Shown here: piece by piece, positions 9,091 through 19,916 of the stretch
Layout of the letters: each line of letters opens with the position of its first letter
Position numbering within the stretch: the stretch's first letter is position 1
Origin: Obrimoposthia wandeli
Taxonomy: Eukaryota
NCBI GenBank assembly: GCA_977020255.1
Contig: CDROCS010000253.1
Location: 1,116,001-1,180,000 of the forward strand
Direction of reading: 5' to 3'
Length of the DNA stretch: 64,000 bases
Notes under the pieces: model-generated
Told to the model about the DNA's origin: nothing
The model's input: the letters and a program-made list of their open reading frames with translations, nothing else
The model's database searches: none
Program-made: the position numbers and the translations under genes

Positions 9091-10353
9091 GTGATGTCTC
9101 AGAGATTATTAGTAGTAGAAGACAGTAAACCGATAGCGACCGTTATCAAACAGATAGCTCGGTCGTTAAAGTTTGATGTGGTGGTAGCCACTGATTTAGC
9201 CCAAGTGGAAAATATCCTATCATCGGATACTGATTTTTTTGCTGCGACCATTGATTACGCCTTACCTGATGCGCTAGATGGTGAAGCCATCGCTTGTGTA
9301 TTATCTCATGGTATTCCTAGCATAGTGATGACAGGGAGAATGGATGATGAAACTCGGCAAAAAATATTATCACAGCCGGTCATTGATTATATTCCAAAAG
9401 AAAATAGTCAAGCCTTCCTTTATTTAAAGCGTGTTTTACATTGGCAACAAACCAATAATAAAAATACCATTTTGGTGGTTGATGACTCATCTTCGGCGCG
9501 AAACCATATTGTCGAGTTATTAAAACGCCGTAATTTCAATGTGATTACCGCTAATAATGGTGTGCAGGCTTTAGAAAAACTGGCTCAGCATAAAAATATT
9601 AAAATGGTCATCACCGATTTAGAAATGCCGGCAATGGACGGTATTGAGCTGACCAATGAAATTCGTCGTGTTTATACCCGTGAGCAATTAGCCGTAATAG
9701 GTATTTCAGGCGCGAGTAATGGTATTCATTCAGCACGCTTTATAAAAAATGGCGCCGATGACTTTTTACGTAAACCTTTTTGCCCTGAAGAATTCTATTG
9801 TCGTATTACTCAAAATATCGAAAGTTTGAATAACATTGCTAAAATTCAGCATGCAGCCAACACAGATTATTTAACCGATCTAGCTAATCGACGTGCTTTT
9901 TTCCGCAGTGCCGAGTCTCGCATCAAAGAATATATCAATAAAAAAGTCCCTTACTGTTTAGCTATGATAGATATCGACTTCTTTAAGAAGGTAAATGATA
10001 CCTACGGCCATGATATTGGCGATCAAGTATTAAAAGTGATTGCTCTTTATATGCGGAAACACTTTGGTGCAGGACTTACCGCTCGTTTGGGTGGTGAGGA
10101 GTTTGCAGTACTGTTACATGGTTTAGATGCAGATAATTTGTATAATAAATTAGATGACTTTAGACGAGAAATTTCTGTGTCAACTATTCCTGCAGGCGAT
10201 GCCTCTATCTCAATAACCTTGAGTGTAGGGGTAGTCTTTGATAGCCAAGATGAGTTCTCTAAGCAAATGAATGAAGCAGATAATGCTTTATACGCAGCAA
10301 AAGAAAATGGTCGTAATCAGGTAGTCGTCTTTGGGGCAGAATTAGAAGATTAA
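9091..10353 (+). CDS. Response-regulator diguanylate cyclase (REC-REC-GGDEF)
   Basis: Two receiver-like segments (VVED..., VVDDS...ITDLEMP...KP) and ARLGGEEF. Confidence 0.92.
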   Translation: MMSQRLLVVEDSKPIATVIKQIARSLKFDVVVATDLAQVENILSSDTDFFAATIDYALPDALDGEAIACVLSHGIPSIVMTGRMDDETRQKILSQPVIDYIPKENSQAFLYLKRVLHWQQTNNKNTILVVDDSSSARNHIVELLKRRNFNVITANNGVQALEKLAQHKNIKMVITDLEMPAMDGIELTNEIRRVYTREQLAVIGISGASNGIHSARFIKNGADDFLRKPFCPEEFYCRITQNIESLNNIAKIQHAANTDYLTDLANRRAFFRSAESRIKEYINKKVPYCLAMIDIDFFKKVNDTYGHDIGDQVLKVIALYMRKHFGAGLTARLGGEEFAVLLHGLDADNLYNKLDDFRREISVSTIPAGDASISITLSVGVVFDSQDEFSKQMNEADNALYAAKENGRNQVVVFGAELED

Positions 10354-10380
10354 GTAGCAGAGCACCAATTAAAGATGTTA

Positions 10381-10412
10381 AGTAATAGTGTTCATTCATG
10401 ACCACTATTACT
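10381..10412. terminator. Hairpin between convergent genes; possible terminator
   Basis: AGTAATAGTG / CACTATTACT 10-bp stem; weak T-tract. Confidence 0.45.
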
Positions 10413-10423
10413 GCATTATTTTA

Positions 10424-11335
10424 TTAACCCCTCATACCGCGTTTTTTGAACGAATCTAAGCTATAAAGCGCTAATGCAGCCCAAATGAATACAAAGGTAA
10501 TTAATTCAGCACTTTTCATCGTTTCTTGATAATAGAATGTCGCCAATAAAAACATAATACTTGGCCCCAAGTATTGAAAAAAACCTAAGGTCGACAGTGC
10601 TAATCTTTTAGCTGCGATAGTAAAAAATAATAAGGGTGCCGTTGTCACTATACCTGCCATGATCAAGGTAAAGTTCAAGCTGGTGGGATTTATCGCCATA
10701 TTACTTGTACTACTTTCGACAAAGAAAAACCAATACATGAGGGCTATAGGTAACATCATCAATGATTCAATAAATAGTCCAATAAAGGAATTAACGGGCA
10801 GTTTCTTTCTTAATAAGCCATAAATGGCAAAGGTAGTTGCTAAAGCAAGTGAGATGATGGGTAAAGTACCTAAAGCAATGAGTTGTACCAATACACCAAC
10901 CAGCGCTAAACCAACCGCTATTAATTGGTTACGACGTAAACGCTCATGAAAGAACAGCATGCCTAACACCACATTAAAAAGGGGGTTGATATAGTAACCT
11001 AAGCTGGCATCGAGTAAGTGGTTATTGTTAACGGCCCAGATGAACAAAAACCAGTTCACTGCAAGAAAGCTAGCCGATAAAGACAATTGCAATAATATTT
11101 TAGGTTGTTTGAAAATAGCCACTAGCTGTGACCACTTTTTCATAACTATGATCATCACCAACAAAAATACCGTTGACCAAATTACTCGGTGCATCATTAT
11201 TTCACCGGGCTCAATTGCGGTGAGTAATTTAAAATATATTGGCGCAAAACCCCAGAGCAGATATGCACTTAGCGCACTTAATGCACCATTGCGGTTGCTG
11301 TTTTCTTCAAGTTGATTAGCGGCTGATGCACTCAT
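10424..11335 (-). CDS. rarD: RarD-family EamA transporter
   Basis: HRVIWS, DASLGYYINPL and GFFQYLGPS motifs. Confidence 0.93.
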   Translation of the reverse strand: MSASAANQLEENSNRNGALSALSAYLLWGFAPIYFKLLTAIEPGEIMMHRVIWSTVFLLVMIIVMKKWSQLVAIFKQPKILLQLSLSASFLAVNWFLFIWAVNNNHLLDASLGYYINPLFNVVLGMLFFHERLRRNQLIAVGLALVGVLVQLIALGTLPIISLALATTFAIYGLLRKKLPVNSFIGLFIESLMMLPIALMYWFFFVESSTSNMAINPTSLNFTLIMAGIVTTAPLLFFTIAAKRLALSTLGFFQYLGPSIMFLLATFYYQETMKSAELITFVFIWAALALYSLDSFKKRGMRG

Positions 11336-11544
11336 TATTATTTGTTAAACTTCATAAGCTATAAAAAGAGCGAGGATGATAACACGACATTAAGCTGTTC
11401 AAGTATTAAAAGCTAACAGGCTATTTTTCGTATCGTAAACTTGTTAGTACTAACCCATTTATCTCTTGTTAACTATTTGATTTAAATTGAGTTATAAATA
11501 TATTTTTATCTACTAGGTTTTCACGGCTGCGCTGAGTTAAAATA

Positions 11545-13428
11545 GTGATATTATCCATAAGAAAATTAGTCGACACCTTCTTGAATTCTTCCGTTGCCAA
11601 TGACCAAAATAGCACTCAAATCAGTACAGAAACTAGTACCGAAGAGAGTGCATTATTGCTCGATACTTTAAAGCACTATTTTGGCTATGATAGCTTCCGT
11701 GAGGGGCAAGCTAAAATTATTAACAGCTTGTTGCAAGGGCAAGATTCATTGGTGTTAATGCCTACGGGTGGCGGTAAATCATTATGTTATCAGTTGCCTG
11801 CGGTACTATTACCCGGTGTTACTATCGTTATTTCCCCATTGATTGCGTTAATGAAAGACCAAGTAGATGGCTTAACTAGGCAGGGTATATCAGCTGCCTT
11901 TATTAATTCAAGTTTAGAGCAAAGCGAAATCAGTGATATTTTTTCCCGGTTAGGACGAGGTGAAATTAAATTACTTTATGTTGCCCCAGAACGCCTAACT
12001 AATTATTACTTCTTACAAAGCTTGAGCCAACTGCCACTAAGCTTATTTGCGATTGATGAAGCACACTGTATCTCCCAGTGGGGTCATGACTTCAGACCCG
12101 CCTATACCAAACTGCAATGTTTAAAGCAAAATTTCCCCACCGTACCGGTTATGGCATTAACAGCTACGGCTGATGTTACTACCCGTAAAGATATTTTGAA
12201 CCAACTTGCGCTGCCAAACCCTTATATTCATCTTGATAGCTTTGACCGACCTAATATTCGTTTTACTTTAGCGCCTAAATATAATGGCGAAAAACAATTG
12301 TTGGGCTATATCAGAAAGAAGGGTGAAGATAGCGGCATTATTTATTGTAACAGTCGTTGGCAGGTAGAAAAACTGGCCAAGTACTTAGCCGCTAGCGGCA
12401 TCAATTGTGCTGCTTACCATGCGGGACTAGAAAACGAAATTCGTTCGCTAGTACAAGAGGGTTTTACCAAAGATAATATTCAAATAGTGATTGCTACCGT
12501 TGCTTTTGGTTTAGGTATCAATAAACCTAATGTGCGTTATGTTATACATTTTGAGCCACCTCGTACTTTAGAATCTTATTATCAAGAAATTGGCCGGGCA
12601 GGTCGTGATGGCTTAAACGCAGAAGCCTTATTCTTGGTTGATGAGAAAGATGTTAATCGTATTAAGAAGCGCATTAGTGAAGGCGATAATCCACAGCGCG
12701 TGAATGTTGAAATGCAGCGTTTTGCTGCCATGGATGCCTTTATTGATGCACAAACCTGTCGTCGGCAGGTAGTACTGAATTATTTTGCCGAATATACTGA
12801 AAAAGGCTGTGGCAATTGCGATATTTGCTTAGACCCGCCAAGTCAGTTTGATGGCACGATTGCAGCGCAAAAAGTATTGTCATGTGTGTATCGTATTAAA
12901 CAGCAGGGTGATATTAATCATGTTATTGCTGTTTTACGCGGTGAACTGACCGATAAAATTAAACAATTAGCGCACGATAAAGTTTCTACCTTCGGTATTG
13001 GTAAAGGTAAAACCGCAGGTTACTGGTTCTCTATTATTGGACAGTTAATTCATTTAGGTTATTTACAGCAAGATATCGAACAACAATCTATTTTATGTCT
13101 AACACAAGCATCGGGCGTAGTATTAAAAGCACAAGAGCCTTTGATGTTAGCTAGCCCACGTCTGCAAAAAGCCAGCTACTGGCAGGAAAAAAGCCCGAAG
13201 AAAAGTTATGACCGGGTGTTATTCGCGAAACTACGTGAGTTACGTAAAGCGATTGCCGATGGTGAAGATATTGCACCTTTCATTGTTTTTAATGATGCAA
13301 CCTTATCTGAACTGGCACGGGTACAGCCGAAAACATCGCGTGAAATGCTTAGTATTAGTGGTATCGGAGATGTGAAGTTATCCCGTTATGGACAACCCTT
13401 TCTAGCGTTAATCAAAGAGCACAAATAA
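11545..13428 (+). CDS. recQ: ATP-dependent DNA helicase RecQ (start may be slightly downstream)
   Basis: [25 protein letters not shown], Zn-binding CRR...CGNCDIC, RQC and C-terminal HRDC segments. Confidence 0.95.
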   Translation: MILSIRKLVDTFLNSSVANDQNSTQISTETSTEESALLLDTLKHYFGYDSFREGQAKIINSLLQGQDSLVLMPTGGGKSLCYQLPAVLLPGVTIVISPLIALMKDQVDGLTRQGISAAFINSSLEQSEISDIFSRLGRGEIKLLYVAPERLTNYYFLQSLSQLPLSLFAIDEAHCISQWGHDFRPAYTKLQCLKQNFPTVPVMALTATADVTTRKDILNQLALPNPYIHLDSFDRPNIRFTLAPKYNGEKQLLGYIRKKGEDSGIIYCNSRWQVEKLAKYLAASGINCAAYHAGLENEIRSLVQEGFTKDNIQIVIATVAFGLGINKPNVRYVIHFEPPRTLESYYQEIGRAGRDGLNAEALFLVDEKDVNRIKKRISEGDNPQRVNVEMQRFAAMDAFIDAQTCRRQVVLNYFAEYTEKGCGNCDICLDPPSQFDGTIAAQKVLSCVYRIKQQGDINHVIAVLRGELTDKIKQLAHDKVSTFGIGKGKTAGYWFSIIGQLIHLGYLQQDIEQQSILCLTQASGVVLKAQEPLMLASPRLQKASYWQEKSPKKSYDRVLFAKLRELRKAIADGEDIAPFIVFNDATLSELARVQPKTSREMLSISGIGDVKLSRYGQPFLALIKEHK

Positions 13429-13446
13429 AAAATTAGTTAAACAGGG

Positions 13447-13491
13447 AAAACAAAAATGCCGATTAACTACTAGGATAGTTGCTCGGCATTT
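13447..13491. terminator. Terminator between recQ and the small minus-strand ORF
   Basis: AAATGCCGA..AACTA / TAGTT..TCGGCATTT stem with a T-tract on the minus strand. Confidence 0.65.
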
Positions 13492-13519
13492 ACACAAACT
13501 ACAGTTGATAGAGAGTAGA

Positions 13520-13627
13520 TTACTCTTTTTCAGCAGCTTCAGTTTGTTCAGTTGATTTATCTTGAGCTTGTTCTTGCTCTTTTTTCTCATCGTGACCTTC
13601 GCCACCGCAACCACCACAACAACCCAT
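13520..13627 (-). CDS. Small 35-aa Cys-rich/acidic protein MGCCGGCGGEGHDEKKEQEQAQDKSTEQTEAAEKE (below the ORF-track cutoff)
   Basis: GGAG RBS 6 nt before the ATG, non-random composition, downstream terminator. Confidence 0.7.
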   Translation of the reverse strand: MGCCGGCGGEGHDEKKEQEQAQDKSTEQTEAAEKE

Positions 13628-13754
13628 AAATTACTCCAGTTACTTAAATTCAATTGGTAATATTAAAACTTGTTGAAATAGTACCTGAGTAATTTACTCA
13701 AGTACTTGATCGAGATCAGCTTTTTTCAGAGAACATCAAAATTAATTAAACCGT

Positions 13755-15917
13755 TTACTTAGGTAATGCAGTAAAGCCCATGTTGAACAAGGTAAAGGCA
13801 TAGATGTCAGCGTACTGTTCAATAGTTTTAGAAACAGGCGTACCGGCACCATGACCCGCATTGGTTTCAATACGAATCAATGTTGGTGCGTTACCTGCTT
13901 GTTTAGCTTGTAACTCAGCAGCAAACTTAAATGAATGTGCTGGCACAACACGGTCATCATGATCACCTGTAGTTACCATAGTTGCTGGATAGCTAACACC
14001 GGCTTTAACATTATGAACTGGAGAATAGCCCTTTAAGTAAGTGAACATTTCTTCACTTTGCTCAGCAGTACCGTAATCGTAAGCCCAACCAGCACCCGCA
14101 GTGAAGGTGTGGTATCTAAGCATGTCTAATACACCAACAGCGGGTAAGGCAACTTGCATAAGATCAGGGCGTTGAGTCATAACAGCCCCTACGAGTAAAC
14201 CACCGTTAGAACCGCCATTAATCGCTAAGTAGTCACTAGAGGTATAATCTTGCTTAATTAAGTATTCACCGGCAGCAATAAAGTCATCAAAAACATTTTG
14301 TTTATCTAACTGAGTACCAGCTTTATGCCATTTTTTACCGTATTCACCGCCGCCACGTAAGTTAGCAACAGCATAAATACCTCCTTGCTCTAACCATACC
14401 GCACGGGAAACACTAAACTTTGGTGTTAAGCTAATATTGAAACCGCCGTAACCATATAAAATAGTTGGGTTTTTACCATTAAGTTCAATACCTTTTTTAT
14501 AGGTAATGATCATCGGTACTTTGGTGCCATCTTTTGAAGGATAGAATACTTGCTTTGATTCATAAGCATCACTATCGAATTTAGCGCCTGACTTAAGGTA
14601 AACTTCACTATTACCTTTATCTATGTTGTAGCTATAGATAGTACCTGGCGTTTTGTAGTTGCTAAATGAGTAATATAAAGTACTTTCGTCTTTATCGCCT
14701 TCTAAGGCTGAAGCACTACCAACACCCGGTAAATTGATTTCACGTATTTGTTTACCTTGATAATCATATTGATAAACTTTAGAAATGGCATCAACCATGT
14801 ACTCAGTAAAGAAGAAACCGCCACCGGTTGAAGCGCTTAATACGTAATCGGTTTCTGCAATAAAGTCAGTCCAATTTTTACTTGCTGGCGCTTTAGCATT
14901 GACCGTAACAATTTTCTTATTTGGCGCGCCTAAATTAGTCACTAAGAATAACTTGTCGCCGTCATTTTCAAGGACATGAGTATCTGCATCAAAGTTATCA
15001 GTAATGGTGACTAATGGACTATTTGGTTTGGTTAAATCTTTAAGATAAAGATCATTACCTGACGTTGAAACAGCACCTGAGATAAGTAAGAAGCGGTTAT
15101 CTTCTGTAACTGTGCCACCAACATAACGACGTTTTTGTTCAGCCGTGTTACCAAAAACAATTTTATCGTCTTTTTGTGGTTGACCTAATACGTGGTAATA
15201 AAGTTTATGTTGGTCAGTCTTGGCCGATAACTCACTGCCTTTTGGCTTGTCGTAACTTGAGTAGTAAAACCCTTCATTTTTAAACCAAGAAATGCCCGAG
15301 AATTTGACATCAACAAGTGGTGTTTCTAGTACTTTCTTTGTCTCTACATCGATAATGATGATTTTACGCCAATCACTACCCCCTTCAGAAATAGCATAAG
15401 CGGCTATTGAACCATCTTTTGAAAAGCTTAATTGCCCCATTGAGGTAGTGCCATCTACACTAAAAGTGTTTGGATCTAAAAATACTTCAGCAGTATCACC
15501 GTCTTTTTGACGATAAACGACATACTGATTTTGTAGGCCATCATTTTTGTAAAAATAGGAATAGTTACCTTTTTTAAAAGGGGCACCTACTTTTTCGTAG
15601 TTCCATAACTCTGCCAAACGAGACTTAAGTTGTCCACGGTACGGAATTTGTGACAAGTAATCGAAAGTGACCTTGTTTTCCGCTTCAACCCAAGCGCCAG
15701 TTTCTTCACTGCGATCATCTTCTAACCAACGGTAAGGATCTGCCACATCAGTACCAAAGAAATTGTCAACCACATCACCTTTTGCTGTCACAGGGTAACT
15801 AATTTTTTGTTGGGCTGAAGCAACAGGCTCTGATGTTTGTTCAACACTGTTACCAGTACAACCGGCTAATACGCTAGTGACCAAGATACTGGTCATGAAA
15901 AGGCTTTTGTTCTTCAT
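13755..15917 (-). CDS. Prolyl oligopeptidase (S9A), lipoprotein; true start MKNKS at 15917
   Basis: DPYRWLE, GGSNGG nucleophile, DDRV and HG motifs; lipobox LAGC. The upstream 41 codons of the ORF-track call largely come from a MITE. Confidence 0.95.
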   Translation of the reverse strand: MKNKSLFMTSILVTSVLAGCTGNSVEQTSEPVASAQQKISYPVTAKGDVVDNFFGTDVADPYRWLEDDRSEETGAWVEAENKVTFDYLSQIPYRGQLKSRLAELWNYEKVGAPFKKGNYSYFYKNDGLQNQYVVYRQKDGDTAEVFLDPNTFSVDGTTSMGQLSFSKDGSIAAYAISEGGSDWRKIIIIDVETKKVLETPLVDVKFSGISWFKNEGFYYSSYDKPKGSELSAKTDQHKLYYHVLGQPQKDDKIVFGNTAEQKRRYVGGTVTEDNRFLLISGAVSTSGNDLYLKDLTKPNSPLVTITDNFDADTHVLENDGDKLFLVTNLGAPNKKIVTVNAKAPASKNWTDFIAETDYVLSASTGGGFFFTEYMVDAISKVYQYDYQGKQIREINLPGVGSASALEGDKDESTLYYSFSNYKTPGTIYSYNIDKGNSEVYLKSGAKFDSDAYESKQVFYPSKDGTKVPMIITYKKGIELNGKNPTILYGYGGFNISLTPKFSVSRAVWLEQGGIYAVANLRGGGEYGKKWHKAGTQLDKQNVFDDFIAAGEYLIKQDYTSSDYLAINGGSNGGLLVGAVMTQRPDLMQVALPAVGVLDMLRYHTFTAGAGWAYDYGTAEQSEEMFTYLKGYSPVHNVKAGVSYPATMVTTGDHDDRVVPAHSFKFAAELQAKQAGNAPTLIRIETNAGHGAGTPVSKTIEQYADIYAFTLFNMGFTALPK

Positions 15918-15937
15918 TTGAGTCTCGCTTGTTGAAG

Positions 15938-16100
15938 TAATACCATTTGGATTAATTAAGGTTACAGAATTCAATGAGAATAAATTTTCAAGAACAAGGC
16001 GCTTGATTGAGCAATACCTGGCTATTGGGATTGAAAGCAACGACGTTATTGGATATTTAGGTCATTTGAAAATGATCACTTACTTAGTACAATTGGTATA
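15938..16100 (-). mobile_element. 163-bp MITE/ERIC-like element, family A, copy 2
   Basis: About 94% identical to 2780-2942, in inverted orientation. Confidence 0.85.
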
Positions 16101-16276
16101 AAATATTACGTTAGTTAATTCAGTTGAAATTACTATGATTATTTACATTTATTTTACAAATCGTTCAGCAGTGTAGCAGAAGAGGGTTGAGTAAGACTAC
16201 GGCTTGCTTCATTGAATATTGAGGCAAGCGGCAGTATTTTGTTACAGAGTATTACGGACTGATTTTAAGTGAAAAT

Positions 16277-18664
16277 TTAGCGATTTTCTAAGCGATTAAA
16301 ATCAAGTAAACCGGATGATTTAGGCTGGTTTACTTTATACCATGCGTGTAATTCATCGGCAAACTGCCAAAACTCAGGGTGAGTTCTGCGAATACCGAAC
16401 TGATCTTTAAGTTTACTATAATCTTGCTCTGTTTTTATTGCATTGAGGCTTTCAACAAATTTAGCAAGTTGTGATTGTTCTACTTTAAAAAAAGCATTGG
16501 GGTAGGTGCCAACAATACCGCGTAAAATGGCTAAATTATCTTCTTTTGGTAGACGTCGATTCTCTTCAGAAAATAAATGGGCCACATTACTGTGTGCAGA
16601 GTTATTAATCAAACTATAGCCTTGAAGTTTATCGCCACTTGAAACCATTACATAACTCACTTGTGGTAACAGAGCAACGCTCTCACTAGGTAACTTATTT
16701 ATGTTTGCCATGAGCTTGTCAGCACTGCTTTGTGCTAATGAAGTAAGGTTAAACTGGCTAACATGTATGTTTTTGGTATGCTGACCAACCAATTGAAACA
16801 GCTCTTCTTGTTGGTTGTTGGTTCGATAGTTAATGCCTGTTTCAGGTAACTGGTCGAAATCGTCTGAAAAGATATAATCTTTAATGTCATCACTGGTGCC
16901 TCGATACCAATATTCATGTATCGACTTACGCTGCTTTTTAGGTAATAAACTAATAAAATTACTTTCTGCTTCCATCCGTAAAAAGTCCATATATAAACGT
17001 GTTTTTAATTGATGACCGACACTGCCATAAACATCAAAACCAGCGACTAATAAATAATGAATTCGTTCTAATAATGGATAACTAATTAACCATGCTGTTT
17101 TCGGTGTAGGGCCAACAAACCCCTGTAAAACAGAGGCGCTGTCAAAATGTCTGAAAACAGTTAGGCTAGCATTAGGATTACCTTTCCCTGACCAAATCAA
17201 ATCAAGATTTAGTTGATTTGGCTGTAAGTTAAGCTCTTTCACATAGGCTAATTTGTTTTTTACATATTCTTGCTGGCGTTTAGCATATTGTCGCCAGTAA
17301 AGTAATGAGAGGGTTTTATCACTGGTTCCAGCAGGTAATTGTAATAATTCTGCATTAGCGTTAATGAATTTTTCACTGGGGTAATTATCAAAATTATCAG
17401 GACTGAGGAAAAATACCCAAAAGTTATCTTCAATCACATTCAGCGCAATTTGACCACGACAAACAGGGCCTTTGATAAAGTTCATAATAGAGAACTGCGC
17501 TTGGTCTAATAAAAATTGATAGCGTGCTTTATCTGGAATCGCTTGAAAAGTCTTAAAGGGATTAGAAGCGTTTGCTAGTTGGTAATCAGGTAGTGTGTTT
17601 ACAGCGTAATTGGGTTGGTAGAAAAGCTCAGTGATACGGGCTAACTTTGCTTCTCCAAACGGGTAGGGCATATGGCGCTTGGCAATGATGGTGTCGTTGT
17701 GCTTAATTAATCTGTAGTACACTTGTGGTTTATTAATGATGGCATTAGTGCTGCCATCGCCATAGGGTGAATCAAAAGGACGGCGGGTAGTAATCACCGC
17801 TATTTTTTCACCGCTGGGAGTGCTCGAACGAACAAGTTTGAAATAACTAGATTGTGTTTTATCAAAATATAAATTGGCTAGGTATAAGTGTTCAAATAAA
17901 TAACGGGCAATCAACTGCTCTTTAGCAGAGTTGCCATTGAGTAACTTTTCCCAGCGCGTGATCATTTGTTGTTCTTCAGCACTCGGTGGTATGGCATCTG
18001 GCATTATCGCCCCACGCGCTATCCAATCAGTTAATTGGTCATGTTCAGATATTGATAATGCCGGCAGCGCATAAGGCATACCGCCAAGAGGATACTTATT
18101 TTTATACTGCTCAAATTCTTCTACTGTGGGGCATTGTTGGCTTCTGTCGAGTGAAACATCAAAACTATCATTAAGTAATGGTTCACTTGGTAAGGGATGC
18201 TGCTGTTTTAGTTGTAACATTTGATAGAACAAACTGGCCTGAGTATTGGCTTGCTCAGTTTGTTGACGCTCATTAAGCACAGGAAAAAAGCTTTGTTGAC
18301 GAAGTGGCTCTAAGCTCTCAGTGTTCAGGTCAACTAACTTGCTAAGGCTTGCGCTAATATTTGCTGTAAGTAAGCGCTCACCATTATAAACCATGGCTTT
18401 ATTAGCGCCACGTTCTATACCTGCACGACTTTCCATTTTTAATTGGCAAGGGGCATCATAACAGCCGTGACAAACAACACAGCGGTTTTCAATAATTGGT
18501 TTTATTTGCGTATTAAAATGAATGGCTTGAGCTGTAGTCGCTTTAGGTTGTGCTAGTCGATTCTCCACATTGCTAGCGCCATAAAGCTTATCAAACTCCA
18601 TTACGCCTAACGTGGCACAACCCGATAGAAATAGAAAAATAAATAGCCATTGAAGCTTACGCAT
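16277..18664 (-). CDS. cti: Fatty acid cis/trans isomerase (cytochrome c-type lipoprotein)
   Basis: Lipobox LSGC; CVVCHGCYDAPCQLK heme motif; FIKGPVCRGQ and VAGFDVYG. Confidence 0.93.
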   Translation of the reverse strand: MRKLQWLFIFLFLSGCATLGVMEFDKLYGASNVENRLAQPKATTAQAIHFNTQIKPIIENRCVVCHGCYDAPCQLKMESRAGIERGANKAMVYNGERLLTANISASLSKLVDLNTESLEPLRQQSFFPVLNERQQTEQANTQASLFYQMLQLKQQHPLPSEPLLNDSFDVSLDRSQQCPTVEEFEQYKNKYPLGGMPYALPALSISEHDQLTDWIARGAIMPDAIPPSAEEQQMITRWEKLLNGNSAKEQLIARYLFEHLYLANLYFDKTQSSYFKLVRSSTPSGEKIAVITTRRPFDSPYGDGSTNAIINKPQVYYRLIKHNDTIIAKRHMPYPFGEAKLARITELFYQPNYAVNTLPDYQLANASNPFKTFQAIPDKARYQFLLDQAQFSIMNFIKGPVCRGQIALNVIEDNFWVFFLSPDNFDNYPSEKFINANAELLQLPAGTSDKTLSLLYWRQYAKRQQEYVKNKLAYVKELNLQPNQLNLDLIWSGKGNPNASLTVFRHFDSASVLQGFVGPTPKTAWLISYPLLERIHYLLVAGFDVYGSVGHQLKTRLYMDFLRMEAESNFISLLPKKQRKSIHEYWYRGTSDDIKDYIFSDDFDQLPETGINYRTNNQQEELFQLVGQHTKNIHVSQFNLTSLAQSSADKLMANINKLPSESVALLPQVSYVMVSSGDKLQGYSLINNSAHSNVAHLFSEENRRLPKEDNLAILRGIVGTYPNAFFKVEQSQLAKFVESLNAIKTEQDYSKLKDQFGIRRTHPEFWQFADELHAWYKVNQPKSSGLLDFNRLENR

Positions 18665-18803
18665 GAGAATCCTTAAACTGCTGAAATGAGCACAGAAGTT
18701 ACTAAGTTTAAGCTATGTTGATGAATACTGTAAAGTTACCATGATTTTTACCCTGTATTCGTCAACATTGAATGGCTTATATATTGGGTGTAAATAGTAA
18801 TAA

Positions 18804-19220
18804 CTAATAGCGATTTCTTAGCTCGGGCAAGTCAGTATTATATTGAACAAATTCTACTTCATAACCATCAGCGTCAAGAAAATAGATATTTTCTCTATAC
18901 TCATCAGGAGTACCTTCTTTATGAATTGGAAAGCCTGCTTGTGTTATACGCGCTATGGTACCTTTCAGATCGCTGGTGACATAAGCAAAATGCGCTAAAC
19001 CCACTTGATGACCAGTTAAATCTCTGTTGTCACCAACGCCATTATCGGCAAGGGCTATATATTGATAGTCATCACCAAAATGTAACCAGTTTCTCGGCTT
19101 TCCTGACCACTCTCCTTTATCTCCGCCACGTACATGCCAGTGCGGAAAAGCCGCTTGGTAAAAGGCTAAACTTTTTTCTATATCTGTAACGACTAAATTA
19201 ATGTGTTCTAAAGTAATCAT
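18804..19220 (-). CDS. VOC/glyoxalase family protein
   Basis: LEHINLVV...FY, HFAY and YFLDADGYEVEFV motifs. Confidence 0.88.
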   Translation of the reverse strand: MITLEHINLVVTDIEKSLAFYQAAFPHWHVRGGDKGEWSGKPRNWLHFGDDYQYIALADNGVGDNRDLTGHQVGLAHFAYVTSDLKGTIARITQAGFPIHKEGTPDEYRENIYFLDADGYEVEFVQYNTDLPELRNRY

Positions 19221-19274
19221 AATTGCTCTCCTTTACGTTTGAAAACGTAATGTCTTTGTTAATAGTGTAGTCGT

Positions 19275-19697
19275 TTATGCTTGGTATTTTTTCTCAATTC
19301 GCCAAGGTGGATTTAAACGATTTTCTCCAGCCCAGTACAATTTAATTTTGTTACCACTTGGGTCCGTTAATACCGCTTCACGCCATAGGTAAGATTGTGA
19401 GGTGGGAAGTTGGTCAAACTCAATACCGCGGCTCTGAGCTGTCTCCACCCACAGGTCTAATTGCTCATGCTCAAAATAAATAGTTGTACCTGTGTACAGT
19501 TTATTCTGTGCTGTAGCCAGTGTATTCGTTTCAGCTAAACTTAATGAAAAAGTAGCGCCTTCATCAGGGCAGGCGAAACGTGCATAATGTGGCGTATCTA
19601 CAATCTGCAAGAAACCTAAACAACGATAAAACTCGGTACTTTCGTCCATATTAATGACGGTAAGTGTGACTTGATTTAAATTCATAATGATTTCCAT
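19275..19697 (-). CDS. VOC/glyoxalase family protein
   Basis: LNQVTL...FY..LG and WREA.L.DPSGN.I.L motifs. Confidence 0.85.
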   Translation of the reverse strand: MEIIMNLNQVTLTVINMDESTEFYRCLGFLQIVDTPHYARFACPDEGATFSLSLAETNTLATAQNKLYTGTTIYFEHEQLDLWVETAQSRGIEFDQLPTSQSYLWREAVLTDPSGNKIKLYWAGENRLNPPWRIEKKYQA

Positions 19698-19721
19698 TTT
19701 TTCTTTAGTAAAGCTTTTTAT

Positions 19722-19753
19722 TTATTAAGTAAAGTAAACGCTTTACTTAATAA
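19722..19753. promoter_or_regulatory. Perfect inverted repeat in the divergent VOC/regulator promoter; candidate operator
   Basis: TTATTAAGTAAAG-N6-CTTTACTTAATAA. Confidence 0.55.
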
Positions 19754-19838
19754 GGTCAAGTTAAATGTAAATAAAAAACTTTACTAAAGATTGGTCTCAG
19801 CGATATAATTATGATAAAAATGCGTAATAATAACGATA

Positions 19839-19891
19839 AATACCCAAACGACATGAAGATGAAATACGAATCTTCCAGTGGCTTGGGTATA
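19839..19891. repeat. Family B mini-element (53 bp)
   Basis: ATACCCAAACGACATGAAGAT / ATCTTCCAGTGGCTTGGGTAT: 21-bp terminal inverted repeats with 4 mismatches. Confidence 0.65.
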
Positions 19892-19916
19892 TACCCTTCT
19901 TCCTGCCGGAGATAGA

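Noticed and set aside
13408-13653. 81-aa minus-strand ORF
   Set aside because: It is an alternative frame over the better supported 35-aa ORF and runs through the terminator into recQ.
13520-15917. Prolyl oligopeptidase plus small peptide as a RiPP (POPB-like macrocyclase) system
   Set aside because: The peptide has no Pro, the peptidase is an exported lipoprotein, and no modification or transport genes are present.
15918-16040. N-terminal extension of the prolyl oligopeptidase
   Set aside because: Most of it is MITE sequence; the lipoprotein signal starts at 15917.
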